Numbered from the stretch's first letter, positions 1 to 14,684 are shown. The stretch: 64,000 bases of DNA from Azolla caroliniana (GCA_043228905.1 JBHGNT010000001.1:26040001-26104000); one strand, 5' to 3'. Notes: a model not told the origin generated them from the letters alone. Program-made: numbers and translations.

Positions 1-267
1 TCTTATAGAGGAAAGAGGAGCTTATTTTAACATTACATGCTTTTTGGTATTTCCTTTATCACAAAAATGGAAGAGGAACAAAATACCGCTTGATTTGTAG
101 CAAGAGAGACTCAAACTCTACACCTCTCTCTATATATTTATAAGCCTTAACCAATAAATTACTACAAGCTATTTATTAATAATAATATTATTTTCATTTA
201 TATATTATTTCATAAGATGTGCGTGGAAGCTCGCCTTTTCTCATAGTGGACACGCCACACCACGACA
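1..267 (-). mobile_element. 5' end of an LTR related to element X, inserted into gypsy copy A0 (runs off the window edge)
   Basis: The reverse complement starts TGTCGTGGTGTGGCGTGTCCACTATG, aligning with the X LTR start TGTCGTAGTGTAGGTTGCACACTATG (60602). It abuts family A RT sequence at 268. Confidence 0.5.
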
Positions 268-3200
268 TCGGTGCCGAAGAAGAACGACACACTGCACTTC
301 ATTCAAGACTTGCAACCGGTCAACAAAGTGACCATTCGGAATGCAGGGGTCAACAACGATTGATGAGTTCGTGGATGCCTTCGCCGGAAGGTCGATCTAC
401 TTAGTCGGGAACCTATACTCAAGGTATGACCAATTCCAGCTAGTCGTGGAGAGCAGGGACATCACAACGATGTGAACCCCTTTCGGCCTGGTTCGGATGT
501 GTACCCTATCGCAAGGAAGGACGAATTCGGTGGCACACATGGTGAACGCAATGAATAAAGTGTTGAGGGATTGCATCCTGGAAATCAACATGCCGTTTTT
601 GGATGACATCCCGATCAAGGGATGTAAGGAGGACGTAAATGATGGATCGATTGGACCGGACGGATGTCAGAAGTTTTTCGCGGACCACATCTCCGATTGC
701 GAGAAGATACTGCAGAGACTTGAGGGTGCACGACTTACCTTCTCCGGGGAGAAATCGGCTTTCGGACAATTAGAGATCCTGGTGGTTGGCCATATGTGCG
801 GACCATATGGCCGGAAAACCATCTCTGGCCAAGGTATAAGCCATCTCGGTGATGAAGGAAGAGTGCAAATCGGTCACGGAGGTCCAACGGTTCGTGGGAG
901 CGTGCGCCTTCTACCACATTTGAGTTCCGCACCACACGCATATTGCGAGCCGCTCTATGGTTTGCTGAAGAAAGGTTGGAAATTCAAGTGGGGCGACGAG
1001 CACATGGAAGCGGTCCGGAGACTGAAGGAGATGTTGATGGCGGCACCGACTCTCTGGAAAGCGGTATACAAGGTGGATACTCCAGTTTACGTGAATGTGG
1101 ATACGAATCCAACCATAATCGGGTCAGTGGTTAATCAGGAAGACGGGGACGGTGCACGGTTCCCCATCTGGTTTGGTGCAAAGGTGTTGAGCGAATAGCA
1201 ATGGGGATACGCCCAAGTTAAACGCGAACTCTAGGGTATCATTTCGGCGGTTAAGGACGATAAGGACTACTTGGTAGGGGCAGAAGTGATAATCGAGACA
1301 GACTGCCTACCGACTATCGGTATGGTTTCCAGATGCGCGATTCGGGACCTAGCAATGCTCAAGTGGATCACGTACATCAAGTCCCAGAATCCGGAGATAC
1401 GACACATCTCCGGAAAGGACAACGCCATGGCTTATATGCTTTCAAGAGCAAGGTTTGAGAATGAGGGTGGCATGGTGTCGGAGAACGAAGAAGTCAGTGT
1501 GGACTTCTTCGAGTCGATCTAACTGAGGGCGAAAAGTTGGAGTACTCCGTTCCTAAATGAGTTCTGCGAGGACGATTACGATGGGGAGTGGCTTCAAATC
1601 GGGCGGTTCCTGAGCAGGATGGCGTCGGATGCGGACGTGGATGAAAGAGGAAGCAGGCCGGATTAGGAAGAAGGCTTACCAGTACTTCCTATGCGACGGG
1701 AAGAACATCTGAAGAAGCGTGCCGACACAACACTCTAGGTGGTGACAAAGGAGGAGGAACAATTGATGCTCATGTCGTAATTCCACGAGAGTCCTTGGTC
1801 CGGACACCAGGGAATGTGGGCCACATTCGAGAAGATAAAGGAGAAGTTCTCGTGGCCCGGAATGTACGGGGATGTGCACCACTTCGTGACGACATGCGAA
1901 AGCTATCAGATGCATTCTGGAGTCCAGCACCTTGACGAGCTGCACCCGACCTACCCGCCAACCGTTCACTTTAAGTGGATGGTTGATTTAGTGATGATGT
2001 TGATGGGGGGTAGGGCAAATGCGATATTTGGTGCTCGCACAAGAGGACCTGACGAATCAGGTGGAGGGTCGAGCCCTAACAAACAAAATGACCACGCCGG
2101 TATGTCAATTCCTGATCGAGGAGGTGATTTGCCTATACGGGTGTGTCGGGAAGATAGTAGCCGATCGAGGGGAGTTGGACGCGTAGGAACCTAAGAAGTT
2201 GTTCAACCGGCTAGGGGTCAAGCACTCCCTCACGACCGCGTACAACCCGAAAGCGAACAAAAAGGTCGAACGCGGGCACAAGCCGATTGTAAAAGCATTG
2301 GTACGAGCATGTGACGGACGGGTCACCAACTAGCCAAGACTATGCTTTATGGGCTGACCAAACTACGCACAGTTCGGTGACTAGATACATGTCGGCCAAA
2401 CTTATGTCCGGGCAGAAGCTGGCCATGCCAGTGGAACAGACAATCCCTTCATGGATGGCGATCGACTGGATCATTGGAGGAAATGGGCCGAGAAGTGTTG
2501 TTGGTGGCGTGGATGTGACAGCCCGAGCGAAGACTAGAGGATGTAGAGCGATCTAAGGAAAAGCTATGGGCGGCGCGGGAAAGGAACAAAAGGTGGTTCA
2601 ACTGGACGCACCAACTCCGGCCAAAGAAGATCGAGGAAGGCGACTAGATGTTGGTCTACAATAGCAGCCTCAACAACCAGCTCCAGTCGACCTGAAAATT
2701 TGTGAGGCGGTGGTTTGGACCTTACGTGGTGACGAGTGCGAACAGTAATGCAACGTACCACCTAGCGGAGCTTGACGAAACAAGGATCGCAATACCGGTT
2801 GCGGGGAAAAGGATCAAGGTATTCAAGAAACGACAAGAAGGGGATCCAGAGATTGAAGAAGGAAGCGCCGACAGGAAAGGAGCCGGATGAAGACTGAATT
2901 GGCAACGAGGCAGTGGTTTGGACCTTACGTGGTAACCAGTGCGAACAGTAATGCAACGTACCACCTAGCGGAGCTTGACGAAACAAGGATCACAATACCG
3001 GTTGTGGGGAAAAGGATCAAGGCATTCAAGAAACGACAAGAAGGGGATCCGGAGATTGAAGAAGGAAGCGCCGACAGGGACGAGGAGCCGGATGAAGACC
3101 GAATTGGCAACGGCTCGGAATAGAACGAGCCGGAATCCCCACCTCTTCACTATTTGGCAAATTGGCACATGCATGAGGATGTGCAGTTTGGTGGGGGTGG

Positions 3201-3698
3201 ATGTCGCGAGAAATTCCGGCTACTAGGAGAAATAGAGCAAGAAGCGTGCGAACGGGGGTGTGCATTGATGCACTCGGAATATGTCTATATACAAACGTGT
3301 GTAAATAGTATAATGTTAGTTTAAGTGTTGAGGAATACTAGGTAGGAGTGATTCGATAGGTACTTTAAGGCCACACGCATAGAGAATAATAATAATATAT
3401 GATGAGGAGAATCGAGGGAAATCTCTAGCCAAAAGTGGTTGTCTTTATTGGCGATGTAACGGCCTCCCCTTGTTCTATAAAAAGGGGAGGTTCGAGACTA
3501 TTTTGGGGATCCACAATTGGGAGGAGGAAGCTTTGTCAAATTCGAGGAAGGAGATGAAGCCTCTGCTCGAGTAGGAAGCCTATGAGCTCCCGACTAGAGA
3601 TTCATCCTTTCGTTTCCCTATGTGTGTGCGTCTCTCGAGAGCGCGTAGCTCTGTTGCCGGCTACGCCCACTGGTCCCGTCCCGTCCCATTTTTACGCC
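268..3698 (+). mobile_element. Degenerate Ty3/gypsy family A copy (A0): RT-RNaseH-integrase remnants, PPT and 3' LTR
   Basis: Broken ORFs 497-1198 (PFLDDIPIKG), 1271-1522 (IETDC, HISGKDN), 1814-2556 (integrase) and 2702-3123 (WFGPY) are homologous to the pol at 36347-39025. PPT GGTGGGGGTGGA precedes LTR start TGTCG at 3202; the last ~20 bp of the LTR appear lost. Confidence 0.9.
2704..3111 (+). repeat. Tandem duplication (~203 bp x2) of the integrase C-terminal coding region
   Basis: GAGGCGGTGGTTTGGACCTTACG...GAATTGGCAAC at 2704 recurs at 2907 with few mismatches; it yields twin WFGPY ORFs. Confidence 0.9.
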
Positions 3699-4852
3699 AG
3701 TCATTGACACATCAATCTAGGTATCATTTTGCATCATAATTTTGGTGAGGATCGAATCATTACTCGCTTGCACTCCATTTTCATTTCGGTTCAAGTTTCA
3801 CTCCACTTTCCTTTGGCGAGGATCGATTTTGATCGCTCACCTTCCCAGTTCTGGTGGGGGCTACAATTGCCAACTTTCCTGGTGGGGTTCAAATCATTGC
3901 TCTTTGCACTCCATTTTCATTTTGGTCTACATTTCGCTCACTTTCTTTTGAGTCACAAGGATCGATTTCGATTGCTCACCTTCTAGTTCTAGTGGGGGTC
4001 ACAACCGTTCACTTTCCTGGTGGTGATCGCCTCGGTTTCTCACTAGCGCTACCATTTGTATCGTGTTTTGGGTCAACCTCGACTATTTACCCTCTCATGA
4101 TAGAAGAAGTCGAGTCGACCGCTTCACCAGCACTCCTTCGTCCATTGTTCCAGTTCTCGGTGAGGATTGCACATCGTCGCTCACGTTCCAATTCTCGGTG
4201 AGGGCCCCACATGGTCACTCACGCCCATTCGTGTTCCAATTCTTGGTGAGGATCGCATGGTCGCTCACGCCCGTTCGTGTTCCAATTCTCAGTGAGGACC
4301 ACTGGGTCACTCACTCCCGTTTGTGTTCCAGTTCGTAATGACGACCACATGGTCGCTCACGCCTGTTCGTGTTCCCGATGAGGACTGCACATCGTCGCTC
4401 ACATCCATTGGAGTTCATGACTCTAGTGAGAACACCATGGTTTCTCACGTCGTCGGTGGTCCACTTCTTGCTCACCCCTATACCACATTTTCAAAAAGGC
4501 GGTCGTAAAGGGGAGGATAATGTCACGACACAGTGACATAAAATACATAGTTGGTGAATATTGAACCTACAACCTCACATCAACAAGATGTCATGCTCAA
4601 CCATTTTGACTTGAGCATGCATTTGTATATAATAGTTTAGTATTGCATAGTCTAGCATATAGTACATTTCAGAATCAGAATATTCGAGTTGTTAGTATAT
4701 TCTAGAAATATTGTACGGAATATTCTAGATGGGTATATTCTAGAGATATTTCTCGAGTATATTCTAGAGATATTCAATCTTGAAACTTGTATAAATACTT
4801 GAAACCTCCTTGGTCCCTTTCAAGGGATTCAACACCAGTCATTAACACATCA
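3698..4852 (+). mobile_element. Short non-coding LTR-type element (TRIM/LARD-like, element C)
   Basis: CAGTCATT(G/A)ACACATCAATCTAG occurs at ~3698 and ~4836. A degenerate PBS-like AGGTATCA lies near 3719. PPT AAAGGGGAGGATAA (4507-4520) precedes TGTCACG at 4521. The interior is repetitive with no TE protein. Confidence 0.45.
4147..4440. repeat. Degenerate ~46-bp minisatellite, about 6-7 copies
   Basis: Recurring GTTCCAATTCTCGGTGAGGA...CATGGTCGCTCACGCCCGTTCGT units. Confidence 0.75.
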
Positions 4853-5039
4853 ATCTAGTTTTCTCATTTCATTCCATCTTGTCTCCTTCATCTTTGTTTT
4901 CATGTTCTTGTGAGATTCCCATCTTCTTAAGTTCCATGCTCGTAGCCCCATCATCCGTGCTCCATTCGAGTCTGTCGTTGGTGTGTCCGTGACAATCATC
5001 ATCTTTTTCTTTTCTTTTCCAAAAAATCTTCTCATCATC

Positions 5040-5800
5040 TTAATTTAGATGGTCGACAAATTGAAAGAATTAACCAAATTATTGAGGATATGCTTCGGGC
5101 TTATGTTGCAAAATCTAGGAATAATACCTCCTATTTTAGAGTTAGCTTATAACAACTCTAAACAATGCATCAATTGGATATAGTCCTTTTATGTTTATCT
5201 ACAACTTACAACCACGAGTTCCAATTGATGTTAAAATGCAGCATCACGAAGTAGAGAGTATACAAACTGTTTTGAGGGAGATGAAGGAAATGTTGCATAT
5301 TGCACAAGACAATGTTAAGAATGCTCAAAATTAGAGCACGATTTTACGTTGATCATCCTTGTGTATTTGTCCCTTGGCAAAAAATCTTTTTGCTTGTGCC
5401 TAAAGATTCTAAAAAATTATCTCTAGGAATGTGCAAAAAGCTAGCCTTGTGTTATTGTGAACCATTTCCAGTCCATCAACCCACTGGTTCATCTCTCTAT
5501 CATCCACATCTTCTCGATGGTGTCCATAGCCATCTAATATTTCATGTTAGTTTGAAAGAACTCTTGGGTTCTAATGACAACTCAATGTATTTTGAGGATC
5601 CATCTTATAAACCTCACGAGCCAAAATGCATTCTCAATTCCAAAATTTAAAAACTACATTTTTTAATCATTTTGAGAATTTAAGATTAAATGGTTTGATC
5701 AAACTATTGATGATGCAATTTGGGAGAAAGAGACAACTTCAAAAACTCAATTTCCTACTTTTCATTGCAAGAGTGCGTTTTATTTTTAAATGGGGGAGTA
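5040..5800 (+). pseudogene. Decayed chromovirus-type gypsy integrase C-terminus with chromodomain and PPT
   Basis: Translated fragments resemble DGQxERxNQIxEDMLRAYV, LELAYNNS and EFKIKWFDQTIDDAIWEKE; followed by purine tract AAATGGGGGAGTAA and TG near 5801. Confidence 0.65.
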
Positions 5801-6013
5801 ATGTTCCATGCACAACCTTATGATGTCTTGAGGACATAGGGTGCAACTATAAAATCATGAGTGGCTAATCTCTAGTGGAACACTCTTAAGACATCATTGT
5901 GTGAAGCTCTTGCTAGTGATAACACTTTGTGAATTAACATCCAACGTATTATCTTAGGAAATATTCAATGGTATGGGATGTTGATTATCTTTAAGATCCA
6001 TCTCAATGCATTT

Positions 6014-6437
6014 GCTTGGGGATGCTTGGGGAGGAAAAGTGTCGTTAGTCCATTTCTTTCCCTCGTTATATGTTTATTTACTTCCCTCATTAATTCTATC
6101 TTTAACATTTTGACAACCATGGGAGCTTTCCATTGGTTGATTTTACCATCCACATTATGCTTTATCTTGCGAACTTATTTGCATATGATTTCTCACCTTC
6201 GATGTGGTTAGTGGAAGGTATTATCCATCTCAATTCCTTTGCTTGGGGGTAGCCAAGGAGGAAAATGTCGTTAATACATTTCTTTCCTTGATATGTTTAT
6301 TTGCTTAATAATTAATTTTATCTTCAATATTTTAACAATCAGGGGAGCTTTCCGTTGGTTGAGTTTACCATCCTCATTATGCTTATCTTGTAAACTCTTT
6401 TACATCTAATTCTCACCTTCCATGTGGTAGTGGGAAG
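6014..6437. repeat. Diverged tandem duplication, period ~225 bp
   Basis: CTTGGGG...GGAGGAAAA..TGTCGTTA...GGAGCTTTCC.TTGGTTGA...CTCACCTTC.ATGTGG occurs twice. Confidence 0.7.
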
Positions 6438-9400
6438 TCTTATGTGATTTCGTTTTAAGGCATTCATTGTGGCTTCCCATTTTGATTTCCCATGCATTTC
6501 TTCAAAGTTGTTCAATTTTTTTTGCACATTGTGACTTTGGTCATGTATACATATAGTTTTTTCACATATCCATTCCATTGTAACCACATCACTGTATTGG
6601 ATGCTTACGAGGGTCAACTTTCTTCATTGGTGGATAACTACTTTCATCGTGTCCTTTAATCTAAGTGTCTTTTAGCTATAGATTCTCATTGTTTTGTAGA
6701 ATGACCTCTTTTCTTGAACACTTTCATTTCCTTATGTTTTATTGGTAGATCTTTTCTCATCATTTGTGTGATTATGAATCTTGGCCTCATCTTTTTCTTT
6801 AATGTGTCGGCTTATCTTTTTATTTATTCCAAGCACTCTGTTTCAGACTTTCTTGCATATTGGTAGGTTCTTTCTATGTTCGTTCAATGTTTTTAATACT
6901 ACTCTCCAATTATTCCACTATTAGGTTCACTAAGACTTTTACTTCTGGGTACACTACAAACAATCAATGACAACAAAATGGCATGGCCATTTGGGCCATA
7001 TGTCCAATACATCGAGGAAGTTCTTGGCTAGTTTGAACGTTCTCCCTTGGTACTGGTTCTAGGGGATTTATGCAACTCGATGTACTATTTTATGGGTTTC
7101 ACTTATTAAGACTTCATGCATGGGTGCCTTTAGTATGTGTTTTGAATAGAAAGTCTACGAACTGTTAGCTCTAGTGTTTCTTTGATTGGATATACGGAAT
7201 TGGTTGCATCAGGATGGTTGTAGGTTTACTTGTCAATTTGCGCTATGTTTTGAGCAGAAAGTCTAGGAACCATTAGCTCTAGGAGTTCCTTAGTAGCATG
7301 TATCTAATGAATCATTTCTCATTGAGTTATTAATTTTATGGTTCAATAAAATGTGAGATCTTTGACCATTCCCCTCTTTATTTTAAGTCTTGCAACAACT
7401 CAATGTACATGCATCAATCCTTTAGTGGAAGGGTCACTTTATTGTTCACTACATCTCTCTGGTTATATTCTCTTTGAAGAATATTTTGATGGTTAATCCA
7501 AAGAACTAGATAGAAATGAAATGTAGAGATGGGATATAAAACTTGCAAATCACAATCTAGGTCATTCCATGTAAGACTTTTAAAGTTGCACAATGTATTA
7601 TGGAACCCATGATCTTATAATTTTGTCCATTGATTCTATGGAACAAGAAAGCTTTGCATTTAGATTTGGAGGGTTTTTAATTTATTTTGGAGAAAGAGAA
7701 ATACATGGGTTGCGAAGAAACCCCCTACATGATTGTGGGGGTTTGCCTTATTGGATTTCGGCATACTCATGATGGTTCATTGATTTTCATTGTTGCAAGA
7801 CATTGAGAGGGAGTGTACAACACATGAGAGGCTATAGTTACGGGATCGAGGTTGCAAGTACTCAATTGAAGTATTTCACTTAAAATTCATATCTTCAATT
7901 AGTGAACAATTGTTCATACCCTAGCAAGAAGCCCTCTCTTTATTTGTATGGCTACCATCTTCGAGAAGAGAGCAATGTACTTGTGACTTATCAATGTTTA
8001 TATTAATAGGGAAAGGAGTGTTTATAGATGTGGGAGATGTGGTTGATAGACAATCATTAAGATTTAAAGATTTTGTGGATGCACACAAGTATTAATCATT
8101 TCACCTATTTTTGTATTTAGTTGGCAGAAAATTGTGAACTACATTATTGATATAGGATCCCTTACTTATGAGAACAAAGCAGCCACCATGATTGGATTGG
8201 CATTTATAAGGTCGAAGTCACTTTCTAATAGTGACTACTAATAACTTCTTGCACAATTCTATGGAGTGATTGCTTTGATTCTTAGCATCCAAGGATGACG
8301 AAGAATGGAATGTAAATTATGAACATAGTCAAATCTTAGAACATATTTGTAACTCTAAATCCGTTATATGAACATTATAGTGTCTTTTGATCAATATGAT
8401 GTAATCAAGCCCGTGGTGACATTAATGCCACGTGTAAACCACCAAGACAAGAACTAGAAAGGGTAAGGGAAAGTAGAATGAGGTGATAAAACAATGAAAT
8501 AGATGGTTTGTCTAGAGATAATATTTTATGACAATCACATACAACGTATATTCTCTTAGTTTCTAGTGATCAAAGACATGAAACTTCACTATGTTTAGAT
8601 CTTTCACTTCCAATTAGTGGTCAAGCGGTTTTACAAATATGACCTAAAGTTAGAAATGACATATCTTTTGTTTGCACATCAAAGTGGATCCCATCATTGA
8701 GTTTCAAAAGTTTCATCTCAATTTAGAGCTCATAAAACTTTACGTCACCATTTTGAATTCATTGTATGACGCCCACACCTTTATCTATATTATGAGAAGC
8801 ATTCGTGTGGTGTATTCAACCGTCATTCGCAAATTCAAAAAGCTCAACCTTAGGATTTGAGAAAAAGGTCATTGCATCATCAATTAAACTTATGTACTTG
8901 TTAGTGAACATTTGTAAAAGCAATGAAAGAATCAAATATTTTATATAAACGATATTAAGCATAATTCTTACTTGTTATTTTATTAACGATATTCATATAT
9001 CACTAAAATCCTATTAATTTCAAGTTAAAATTTACGAATTCTAGCTCTTACTATTCCTTAGTTATGCTCTCTCTTACCATTTCTCATCCAACTAATCTAA
9101 TGAATTATGAGCATGAAAACTTGGTACACATGTGTCATTGTTCAATTGAGAATTGGGACAATTGTTGCTCTATTGGAGATATGAGGTTTTATTATATATT
9201 GAGTGGTCAAAAAACTTGACTTCCCCCTCTAAGTTGCAAATACGAACGAGTTACTTCAACTTATCATGTCACTTATTATGATTTTTTCAACTAAAAGACA
9301 ACACCATCACCATCCTCTTAGAGATTAAGATGTTATCTAAGTGCACATTTTGTTGCTAGTAAGTTTTGTACTCGTTTTGGTCAATGCTTGTTTCTAACTC

Positions 9401-11752
9401 CATGATTCCTCTTTATTGACAATTTTCTTAATCTATGCCACTCTAGACACTATTGCTAGATACATTATTACAATATATTTGTATGAGTTGCAAAAGGGTA
9501 TTGATTGTGGAGTTAACATCACTAGAAGGTTTTTATGGAGAGAGTGGACAATGAAATACATCTAGAAACTAGAGAATGTTGGTTATTGCCAATTGGTTAA
9601 ATATAGGATTCATGAACTTCTCTTCAAACACATGAACCTCTCTTTTTATTACATGCTCTAAGTATTCTATGTAATGTAGTTTTGATTATTTAGGAAAATC
9701 TTAAAGAGAAGACTCCCTTATTTATGGTGTCCACATGAACATCGATAACAAATGAAGAGGTACAAGATTCATCATTCTCTGTGTAATTGATCATTTGATA
9801 TAACCTCATTCAAGGAGGGCAATATGTTCATTGGAAGTTATAATAACTAGTGAATTAATATTACATATTCTAATGCTCCACTTTCAAGGACATTGTACAC
9901 CTTGATGTTATAGTAAATATCCTTTGAGAGCGGTTGATATGTAAAATGGCACTAGACAATGCCCTTTCAAACCAGTCAATTGGTTGAAACAATCAATGCA
10001 CTCCAATGTTGCACCATAAAACCAGCAACCTAGTTATCAACTAATGATCACCAAGCATAATTCATGAGCTAAATGAATAATGCAAGTCGAACACAACTTG
10101 AATCATTTGGCGCAATTGACCCATTTTTTTAGGAAGAGGGATGCTTCTCATATTCCATGTGCAACACAATACAATGTGTGAGGGATGATCTTAAATTATT
10201 AGGAAAATATATTGAGAATTATGAGACATGCTAGAGCTTCAACATTTTGTTAGTGTAAGGACATATAATCGAACCAAACACACCCTTATTACTCTATGAA
10301 GCCATGTAATGTACTAATGAGATAACCTTGGAATATTGAGCAATTATATTACCATAGTGGTTATAACATTGCCCACTTACTGACATTGAAACAATAAGAT
10401 GACTTCTATATACAATCATACAAATAAATACAATTTTAATTTGAATGCATATGCTTAAAGTGATAGTATGTTGCTATAATACATGAAATTGATATGAACT
10501 TCACAATGTAAACTTATCTCCAAATCTATAGTACGACAACTTATTGTTACTTGGATCATTTAACTTTAATTTTAGCTCAAAAGGTAGATTTGGGATCTTT
10601 ACTATTATTATCAAACAAAATCCAAAGTTCCCCAAAGTTAGTGTGAGGGATTCACATTCCATTAAATGCATAACAAGTATGATTTTGGAATTGTCGTAGA
10701 AGTTACAAGTGCCTAGCGCGTTTATGAAGTTGACATAACATGAAAAGCCTTAGTAGAAGTTTAAAACATTCCTGTTTCATTGTTTCACACAATGTATTTT
10801 TATGGTTGTTTTCTCAACTCCTAGAAATGCTTTGTGTTTGATTAGAGATCTACTCTTGTTTTCAATTATTTTCCACCATGAGTACTCCACACGTGGTCAT
10901 GTTTGAGCCTCATGAAAACTTGGTAAAAAGGAGGATCCCCTTTAAACACTTGGAGAATAGACCACGTATGGATTGGCTAAATGGTGGTTTCACAATCAAT
11001 GCATTTTTCCAAAAGTTTTAAAATAGGTTAAAAGATCTCCTAAGAAACAGAGTTTCTTTAGACTGCCATATGATTCCATGATTGTACCAGATTTATCTCA
11101 CAAACACCTATATATTAAAGTGAACTTCATACTTGTACAAAACAAGATATTCAAGACACAACAATTTAAATAAATAAAAAAACATAAAACAATTGTAGGT
11201 CCAATGACAACACAAGAACAACTTTGGTTGAACAATGTCAAAACAACAATGACAATCATAACAATAAAAGTGAGAAATATCATTGCAAATTATCAAAATA
11301 ATAATACTGACATTAAAACTTATCATTGAGAAAATTTTGGACTTAATATTGGGAATTTCCTCCACCTATACAAAAAGATCTTTGATCATGGAACTTTTAG
11401 AGTTGCCTTTTAAAGGATAAATTCATAACTACCAATCATAATGTCAAGTCCAATGATATATGTTGCTCTAAAATCCAATTATACGCTAAAAGGTGAAGTT
11501 CTCATAGCATTCATCCATATTAGATGTAAAATTATATTCATAACATATCATTTCTTACAAGGCTCGATTTTGAGCTCAAAATTTGTGCCATGAATCAATG
11601 TCAACAACTTTCGTAAGCAATTATTTTTTCAATAACCCACAACACAATCTAGTTGATTCTATCAACCCACAATGTTTCTAAGAAAGAAGAGTAATTCTTT
11701 GTTGTAGTAGGTGATTTAGGTTAAAATGTTTAAATAGAAGCATTGTCAGCAT

Positions 11753-11754
<2 letters not shown>

Positions 11755-11786
<32 letters not shown>
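11755..11786. repeat. (AG)16 microsatellite
   Basis: Read directly from the sequence. Confidence 0.95.
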
Positions 11787-11792
<6 letters not shown>

Positions 11793-11856
11793 ACTTTGTA
11801 GCTGAGTTGGTAAGGTTGCCCAATGGGTTCAACCCACTACATTCCACAATAGCATC

Positions 11857-11950
11857 TAGTAAATTAAGAGATATGTATGAAGTATGTAATAGAGAGGTGA
11901 GAATAGTAAATTAAGAGATATGTATGAAGTATGTAATAGAGAGGTGAGAA
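11857..11950. repeat. Perfect 47-bp direct tandem repeat x2
   Basis: TAGTAAATTAAGAGATATGTATGAAGTATGTAATAGAGAGGTGAGAA at 11857 and 11904. Confidence 0.95.
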
Positions 11951-14684
11951 AATTTGGTTTTGAACTCAAGACATAGTGCTTGTAGTGTAACAATACCACT
12001 AAGGTAAGCTAATTAAAGTTCAATACTTTTTTAGTCATGGGATATTTTTGCTTTCATAATGAAATGCATTATTTACAAAAAAGAGAGAGTGTGAGTGAAA
12101 GAAATGACATGTACTAACTAGAAAGACCACATAGTGATTTGTTTTGCAAGGTCGTGAAGCCTTATTTGAGACATGAATGAAACAGCAAAGAAGTGTTTAG
12201 CACTTGGCTTATCTCGATATAAGTCTCATTTTGACCTCTATCCCAATTTCATAGTACTAAATTTGGTTTTTTAATATATTACATTCAAACTTAACTATAA
12301 TTGCCTTGTACACAGTAGATCTCGTAAAACCTTGAAGATGAAGTTGAGAATTTCATTATAAACATACTTCAAGGAAGGATCATAACAACCTCTCACTTAT
12401 ATTACTAAATTATCACAACTTGTATGAAAACACAACACACCCAATGATATATTTGAAACAACCGTAAGGGACTTAGCCTTGCATGTGCATGTAGAAAAGA
12501 AGGGTCATACTTGGAGCAATGCCACAAGCTCTAGCAAAAGAATTCAGAGTAAAAGGTCTTGCCTTTAGACCTTCCTTCAATTAACTTTTCTTGATGTTCA
12601 TACTTAACATTTGAGTAACTTTTCAATCATGTCAACTTCATTAAGATTGAATGATTTGCTTCTATTTTAACAAACTTATCGAAAAGTCTTCAATATAATT
12701 CTTGTTTGACACTGGTCAAACTTTATTCAATGTGCTACAAACCATCTAATTCAACATCGACTTTCTTGCACATATTTTCTATAGCGTTCTAGTTCCCTAG
12801 GACCATAAATTGTTTGGTACGCTCACCGGAGTTTTCTAATGTTTTTCTGAACAACACCCACATAATGTTGACCATAATGTTGATCTCATTCATGATGTTG
12901 TATTTATTTCTATTCCTTCGGTTTGACTTCATCTATCTAAAGAAGATGAGGTTGATCCTCAACTTAATGATTACTTAAGCATGGGACACAATCATTAGAG
13001 TATGGCACTTTGGGTGCATCAGTGTCCTATGATAGGTGAATCATTATAGACAAAGGCGATTATGTATCAACTATCGTCATTTGAATAAAGCCATGTAGTA
13101 ACATCAAATTAGAATTTTATGAGAATGATGTTTCAATATTTGTTACTTGTTTGGGCATTTGCAGAAGGGGTAAATTTTGGTCTTTCTCAAATAGATAAAG
13201 TGGAATATCAGTCTATCCCTTCTAATGTTCGAACACTTTTTTCATTCCTTAGTTATGATGATTTGTTGCAAGAATCTATTTGCAATAACTCACACTTGAT
13301 GATGTCGTCCATTAATCTCCTACAATCAGGTTAAATGTACCCCCCATTGGCACCCATGTCTCGAGGGGGAGGTAATGACATGTGGTAATAGGGCATCCAT
13401 TTCGCCTCGTGGACTTGTGTCACGATCTTCAAGAAGTATTGCCTACATGACAGAGGGATAAGATGGGAATCACTTGGGTTGCATGGAATCATCCAGCAAC
13501 CCCTTAACAAGCAATGATGGTTGGTCTTTCACATTGGCCCATGCGATAAGATGGAGAAGTTCTCTTTTAGGTATTCTTGATGTTTGAACCAAACACGTTG
13601 CATTGTTTGTGAAGCACATGTTAAATACACATTTGGCGCACTGATCATATGTGCAATGTTACAGTTCGTAAAACATCAAGAGTCACTTACCAACTCCATA
13701 GTCAATATGTGAAAATGTTTTGCATTGGTTCCATAGGTCATATTTAACTTTTGAGGAAGATAACAAAATCTATCTTTTGTCTCTCATTTGTAAGGGATAT
13801 GGTTTTTGATACTCACATGAAAGATGGACTTTACGACACTAATAAAAAAAACATGTGGTTGCTTGAGATCTTTATATTTTCTAGTACATGTGATTTCACA
13901 CCTATAGGTTTTTCATAACTAAGAGGTTGTATACGAGTGAAAACCTTTAGCTTTAAATTAAAAATAGCCTTGCATATGAAAAAAATGTTATTTATAGAAG
14001 TCACTCATACATTTAAGAGATTTCTACATAACCATAATGGGTATAGAGTTGGATCACTTTCTAAAATACATGCACTAAGACATGAAGAGGAAAAAGTCCT
14101 ATTAAAATAAATACTAAGCTGCGAATCAATCTATCACCTATTCATATGAGTCAATGGTCTTGATTTTAAATAATTTTCCTACTTTTGATTATTAAGGTTG
14201 CAACCACTTGAAAACTCTACATAAACCTCTCCTCACTACTCTATGCCTAATCAAGCTTGGTTTTTAGTACATTGTACCTTAGACATGATATTCTCATTCT
14301 AAAAAACTATGGTAAGTACTAGTTGGATATAAAACTAATCCTAAGTACCTATAATTGACACATAATGTGAGCATTAAGCAATTTAAACTCAAAAGAGTGT
14401 CCAACATCCAAAGTCATACATTATGTGCTTATTTCATAATGAATAAGTCTTCCATCTTTAAGCCAATAATAGACTCATATGGGTGGAGATCTACCATCAT
14501 CTTGATACAAATATGTCAAATGCATCTACATACATTCACAATTTATACAACCACCAACATATGGATGCACCCACTAGCATCCTGTAAAGGTTGCAATAAG
14601 AAAGGATACAAATGCATATGCCACCAATATATCTATACGAAATTGCCACCAATATATCTATAAGAAATTGTCTATGTATAAGTA

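Noticed and set aside
4147-4440. Repeat array as a CRISPR
   Set aside because: The units are degenerate tandem repeats without unique spacers, there are no cas genes, and the context is eukaryotic.
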